From: Candidatus Thorarchaeota archaeon
Lineage (GTDB): Archaea > Asgardarchaeota > Thorarchaeia > Thorarchaeales > Thorarchaeaceae
Assembly (NCBI GenBank): GCA_008080745.1
Contig: SHMX01000001.1
Location: 330,001-362,000 of the forward strand
Direction of reading: 5' to 3'
DNA: 32,000 nucleotides
In this document: one piece after another, positions 28,119 to 32,000 of the stretch
Position numbering within the stretch: the stretch's first letter is position 1
How the letters are laid out: each line of letters starts with the position of its first letter
The notes under the pieces: generated by a model
What the model saw: the letters and a program-made list of their open reading frames with translations, nothing else
Databases searched by the model: none
Told to the model about the DNA's origin: nothing
Program-made: the position numbers and the translations under genes

Positions 28119-28655
28119 TTACTTCTTTTGAATACTCTTTGTTGCCAAAATCCTGAATGCCTCTTCCACATTCTGACCAGTAAGGGCACTGGTCTCCAGA
28201 TAACCCTCAAGATTTTGTTCTTTTGAGAAGGTCTCGCCCATCTCGGTACTGATGACACGGTCATCAATCAAATCCACCTTGTTTGCAAGAAGCACAATGG
28301 GGATTCTTTCTCCCAGAGCATTCTCGGTCTCTTGAATCCACTTTGGTAACTCAAGATAAGTACTCTTTCGAGTCACGTCAAAGACAAGAAGTGCTCCCTT
28401 TGATCCTCTGTAGTAACTGGTTCGAATGAAGTCAAACCGTTCCTGGCCTGCAAGATCCCAGACCAGTAGTTTCACCATAACATCTTTTTCATTCTGTTCG
28501 ACCTTGACAGTCTTGACAGCGAACTGAGAACCAATCGTGACAATATACTGTTCAGAGAACTTCTGAGTGAGAAATCGATTTACCAGTGCGGTCTTTCCAC
28601 TCCCGCCTGCTCCTATCATCACAACCTTGCGCATGTAATCAAAGCCTTCAGACAT
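28119..28655 (-). CDS. Rab-like small GTPase
   Basis: GAGGSGKT, VTIGSQF, WDLAGQERFDFIRTSYYRGSKG, NKVD, ETSA; no C-terminal cysteines. Confidence 0.93.
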   Translation of the reverse strand: MSEGFDYMRKVVMIGAGGSGKTALVNRFLTQKFSEQYIVTIGSQFAVKTVKVEQNEKDVMVKLLVWDLAGQERFDFIRTSYYRGSKGALLVFDVTRKSTYLELPKWIQETENALGERIPIVLLANKVDLIDDRVISTEMGETFSKEQNLEGYLETSALTGQNVEEAFRILATKSIQKK

Positions 28656-28906
28656 AGTTTATCCCCGCATGGGTATTTTATTCGTCTTGAACAGAGTGAA
28701 ATGTCGGTAGTTTACAAACCGATATGGTTCATGACTTAGGTTTTGAATGTATATTGACATTATATAGCCTTTTTCGCAACGGACCTCTCCCTTTTCTTCA
28801 CGTTCAATCAGATGAAAAAAAGGCGCGTTAGTCCTAGAAATATATGACACAGCCAAAGGTATTATATCACGCCAGACTCGATTTCCTCTAGTCGGGAGGA
28901 CAAAAC

Positions 28907-29095
28907 ATGCAGCTAGTCACAGTCAAGATGAGCGAGCTCTACGTCGATGGGCTCGATAAATTAGTCGAGAAGGGAATGTATCCTTCAAGAAGCGAAGCCA
29001 TCCGTGTAGCCGTTCGCGACCTTTTAATGAAAGAACTTTGGCCTCAGGGAGGACCAGCTATTCTCCCCGAGTTCGATGTAAAAGTAGTGGAGTGA
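28907..29095 (+). CDS. Ribbon-helix-helix (CopG/Arc/MetJ) transcriptional regulator
   Basis: MQLVTVKMSELYVDGLDKLVEKGMYPSRSEAIRVAVRDLL; GGAGG upstream. Confidence 0.9.
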   Translation: MQLVTVKMSELYVDGLDKLVEKGMYPSRSEAIRVAVRDLLMKELWPQGGPAILPEFDVKVVE

Positions 29096-29187
29096 CCTAT
29101 CCTCTCCACTACAGACAGCCAAAAAGCACATTAAGTATGGTTCTGTGGACATTATATCGACACGCCAACTTATGGAGGCCTTAGAAT

Positions 29188-29730
29188 TTGAATTTTAGAA
29201 TTCTGACAAAAAGTATGAAGTTCGCCTTTCGTGCTACAAAACGAGTGACTGCGTTCATTATCATTTACGCTATCCTCATTGTATTGGTAGCGAAGGGATT
29301 GCAGGGAGCAGTTACACTCCCTGGAGGCTATGGTGAATTACCATGGCTTTTGATGGCGTTTGTTGTTGCAACTCTTTATGCCATTCTCATATCACAGTTC
29401 CGTCGAAAGGATATTGCAATTCTCAAATGCGTTTCTTGGAATAATTCAGATATCATGCTTCTCATCATAGGAGAGGTAGTCCTTGTTGCACTTAGTGCAT
29501 TCCTGGTTGTCTTCCAGCTCAGTGTTGAAATCCTCGGACTGATCGCTTACTTTGACCTACCAGAGACCGGAACATCTCTACTTCATCAAGTCCATGATAT
29601 AATTGCTCTCCAAGCAGCACCTATGATTACCGCTCTGTTTTATGTGGTAATACTCCAACTTCCAGGCTTGATTTTCGCACAACTACGAGCTATGAGAATA
29701 CCACCAATGAGAGCTCTCAGGGAGGAATAA
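29188..29730 (+). CDS. Short FtsX/MacB-like ABC permease
   Basis: Four TM helices; RRKDIAILKCVSW motif; C-terminal AMRIPPMRALREE. Confidence 0.8.
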   Translation: MNFRILTKSMKFAFRATKRVTAFIIIYAILIVLVAKGLQGAVTLPGGYGELPWLLMAFVVATLYAILISQFRRKDIAILKCVSWNNSDIMLLIIGEVVLVALSAFLVVFQLSVEILGLIAYFDLPETGTSLLHQVHDIIALQAAPMITALFYVVILQLPGLIFAQLRAMRIPPMRALREE

Positions 29731-29733
29731 ATT

Positions 29734-30420
29734 ATGGCTAATCCAATCATTCACGTTCAATCAGTTAACAAAGAATATGGTCGTGGAAAGAAGACCGTCG
29801 CCGCGCTCAAAGATGTTGATATAGAGATCCTTCCAGGCGAGTTTGTGTCCGTTCTCGGTCCGTCCGGCTGCGGTAAATCAACTCTCCTGCACGTTATGGC
29901 AGGCCTCGAACAGCCCACCTCTGGTAGAGTCCTCCTCGATGGCGTTGATGTCACTCTCATCAGCGAACGCGACCTCCCCAAAGTCCGTGCCCAGAAAATC
30001 GGCTTCGTCTTCCAAGCTTTCCTGCTCCTCGAAGACCTCACAGCCTTCGAAAACGTCGAGTCCGTCCTCTGGCCCTCTGATGAACTCAAAAAAGAAAAAC
30101 AACAAGCCATGGCACTCGAAGTCCTCAGAGAAGTTGATATGTTGGAGCGGAAAGACCACTTCCCCCGCCAGCTTTCAGGAGGAGAACAGCAGAGGGTGGC
30201 GATAGCGCGAGCACTAGTGAACAGTCCGCCGATCCTGTTTTGCGACGAGCCAACGGGAAATCTCGACTCAAAGACCGGGGACACCATCATGAAGGTGATC
30301 TCAAGAATTAACAAAGAGCGAAAGATGACCGTGGTACTGGTGACTCACAACGAGGAGCTAGCGAAATACGCAAAGCGTACTCTGCGCATGCGAGACGGCC
30401 GGATCACCTCGGACAGATAA
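29734..30420 (+). CDS. LolD/MacB-type ABC ATP-binding protein
   Basis: [45 protein letters not shown]. Confidence 0.95.
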   Translation: MANPIIHVQSVNKEYGRGKKTVAALKDVDIEILPGEFVSVLGPSGCGKSTLLHVMAGLEQPTSGRVLLDGVDVTLISERDLPKVRAQKIGFVFQAFLLLEDLTAFENVESVLWPSDELKKEKQQAMALEVLREVDMLERKDHFPRQLSGGEQQRVAIARALVNSPPILFCDEPTGNLDSKTGDTIMKVISRINKERKMTVVLVTHNEELAKYAKRTLRMRDGRITSDR

Positions 30421-30427
30421 TGGTTCA

Positions 30428-30453
30428 AGGGTATGAGCCTTCGCTCATACCTT
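30428..30453 (+). terminator. Stem-loop plus T-rich tract after the ABC ATPase
   Basis: AGGGTATGAGC-CTTC-GCTCATACCTT followed by ACTCTTTCTTTT. Confidence 0.65.
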
Positions 30454-30639
30454 ACTCTTTCTTTTCCTCAATCAGACCAGCTTGAACAAGTCCTTGTCGC
30501 ACATCGTTTATTAAACTTGGATGGCGGTCCATCCAATCCCTCAGAATCTTTCTGTTTCCACGATTTTCATTGGATAAATCAGCAAAACATCCATTTATGC
30601 TAAAGGTGTCTTATTCTAGTATACGGTACTTCAGCTGGG

Positions 30640-32000
30640 GTGAAAAGTACGACAACAACAAGATGCAAACTCTGTGATGAAGAGATAGTCTTTGATATTG
30701 ATGATGCCTCGACCTATCTCTCAAAGACAGAGACTGGAAATCCTCTAATTGGAATATTATATACTGTAAGAGTTGAGCACAGATACAAGGAGGGCGTGGC
30801 ACACATCAACGTCATTGTAGTAGACGAAAGAGGGGAATATCGAGCTCACAAAGACTGCTATGAAGAGGTGAAGCTCGAAGACCCACTCACAAAGTATGAG
30901 GAGATAGTGAGGCAGTTTCCCATCGAAATACGTCATTTTCTTTCTCTTGCCACACCCGTGGATAAATTTGCAATCTCGAATATCACCCTACCAGAATCAG
31001 CTGAAGTTTCAGAATGGACAGAGATATTGAGGAGTCTTAGAAAAGAGAATCCAGAGAGCCAACTCTTCTCGTTTCTTGATAGCAAATGGGCATCAATCAC
31101 AGGACGCACGGAGGAATTACTTGAGATGTCTGTAGAGAAGGATTCGTGGATCTATCCAGTACAGATTCGGGTTAAAGGGCGAAAGAAACTGACACCGGAA
31201 CTATTGGAGAAGACAAAGGAACTTACATCTCTTGTATATCCCGATCAAATCGAGTTGGAGGCTGCTTTGGCACAGGGCGAGAATTACATACGGTCGGTCT
31301 CCATGGAAGATATGGAGAGTCTGTATCAGCAAATGACAGAGAAGTGGGGACACGATACCCGAGTGGGAATCAAGACAGCCATGACCTTCTTGCAGGGAAT
31401 GTATTGGTATCTCAAATACAGAGTGGGCACTCAAGAAGAGAGTCTAAAGCCATTAGAGACCGCCTTTAATTTCTGCCAAATTGTGGAAAATAGAGAAGCA
31501 ATATCGATGATAGGGAATCTTTATGCTAGTGTGCTTCGAAATAAGGGAGAATCCGAGGAGGCACGAAAGGTTCTCAACCTCGTTCTAAACGTCTGTAGAG
31601 AGCTTGGAGATGAGAGATGTCAAGTAGTGGTTAGTGCCAATCTTTCGATAGTAGAATTCAAACAGGGACTTTTTGAGCAGTCCTTGGAAAGAACCAGGTG
31701 GGTCTATGAACACCCCATAACTCAAGCAGACCTCTATCTTAGAATTACAACCCTTGCAAACATGGCTGAGAGTCTGTTTACCCTCAAGAGATACCGAGAG
31801 GCAGGGGAGATGTGTAAGAATGCACTTGAGATAGAAAATATTCCTAATGACCTCTATATCGGTCTTTTGTCCAAACTCAAACAGATTGCAGTAAAGACCA
31901 ATTCGATGTCCGATATCCAATGGGTCAAGGAACATATCCCAGACAACGAATATATGAGTACCCCAAAGGGACATAGATTATTGTTAGACATCAAAGCAGT
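30640..32000 (+). CDS. TPR-containing protein with N-terminal putative Zn-binding domain, runs off the right edge
   Basis: Translated by hand from GTG 30640: MKSTTTTRCKLCDEEIVF...VEH...HINVIVVDERG, later TPR-like helices (GNLYASVLRNKGESEEARK, NMAESLFTLKRYREAGEMC). No stop before the edge. Confidence 0.8.
   Translation, partial: MKSTTTTRCKLCDEEIVFDIDDASTYLSKTETGNPLIGILYTVRVEHRYKEGVAHINVIVVDERGEYRAHKDCYEEVKLEDPLTKYEEIVRQFPIEIRHFLSLATPVDKFAISNITLPESAEVSEWTEILRSLRKENPESQLFSFLDSKWASITGRTEELLEMSVEKDSWIYPVQIRVKGRKKLTPELLEKTKELTSLVYPDQIELEAALAQGENYIRSVSMEDMESLYQQMTEKWGHDTRVGIKTAMTFLQGMYWYLKYRVGTQEESLKPLETAFNFCQIVENREAISMIGNLYASVLRNKGESEEARKVLNLVLNVCRELGDERCQVVVSANLSIVEFKQGLFEQSLERTRWVYEHPITQADLYLRITTLANMAESLFTLKRYREAGEMCKNALEIENIPNDLYIGLLSKLKQIAVKTNSMSDIQWVKEHIPDNEYMSTPKGHRLLLDIKA

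Noticed and set aside
29757-30314. Long antisense ORFs over the ABC ATPase, and similar ones over coaBC, roadblock, selD and the Arf-like gene
   Set aside because: Shadow ORFs of well-supported genes on the opposite strand, with no motifs of their own.

Overview
Archaeal chromosomal window, very probably Asgard (Thorarchaeia-like; inferred from several small GTPases, a roadblock protein, a longin/DENN-like protein and a selenocysteine-type SelD). It holds about 30 genes: coaBC; a minus-strand run of MglA/CvnD-like GTPase, TPR protein, membrane-anchored gingipain-like (C25) protease and roadblock protein; selD, whose true ORF extends upstream through an in-frame UGA (HG-U-SCK) and has a 3' hairpin as SECIS candidate; rtcB; a DMT transporter; a nucleoside deoxyribosyltransferase; SSB; an Arf-like GTPase fusion; a GNAT; tmk; a 4-PAS histidine kinase; a DUF4430/ECF S-component cluster; an XPF-like nuclease; ino1; an M42 peptidase; a Rab-like GTPase; and an RHH/FtsX-like/LolD-like ABC unit. 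ORFs are truncated at both edges. The most unusual signal is non-coding. Two intergenic segments (about 17245-17412 on +, about 19709-19871 on -) share one architecture: closing stem, hairpin, AAGGGG(G)ACC, hairpin, UUAGAAC, long stem, G-tract, and UAAUCUAUA at similar spacing. Their stem sequences differ but still pair, which points to a structured RNA family I do not recognise. No rRNA, tRNA, CRISPR array or transposase was seen. All calls are from reading the sequence by eye; no searches were run.
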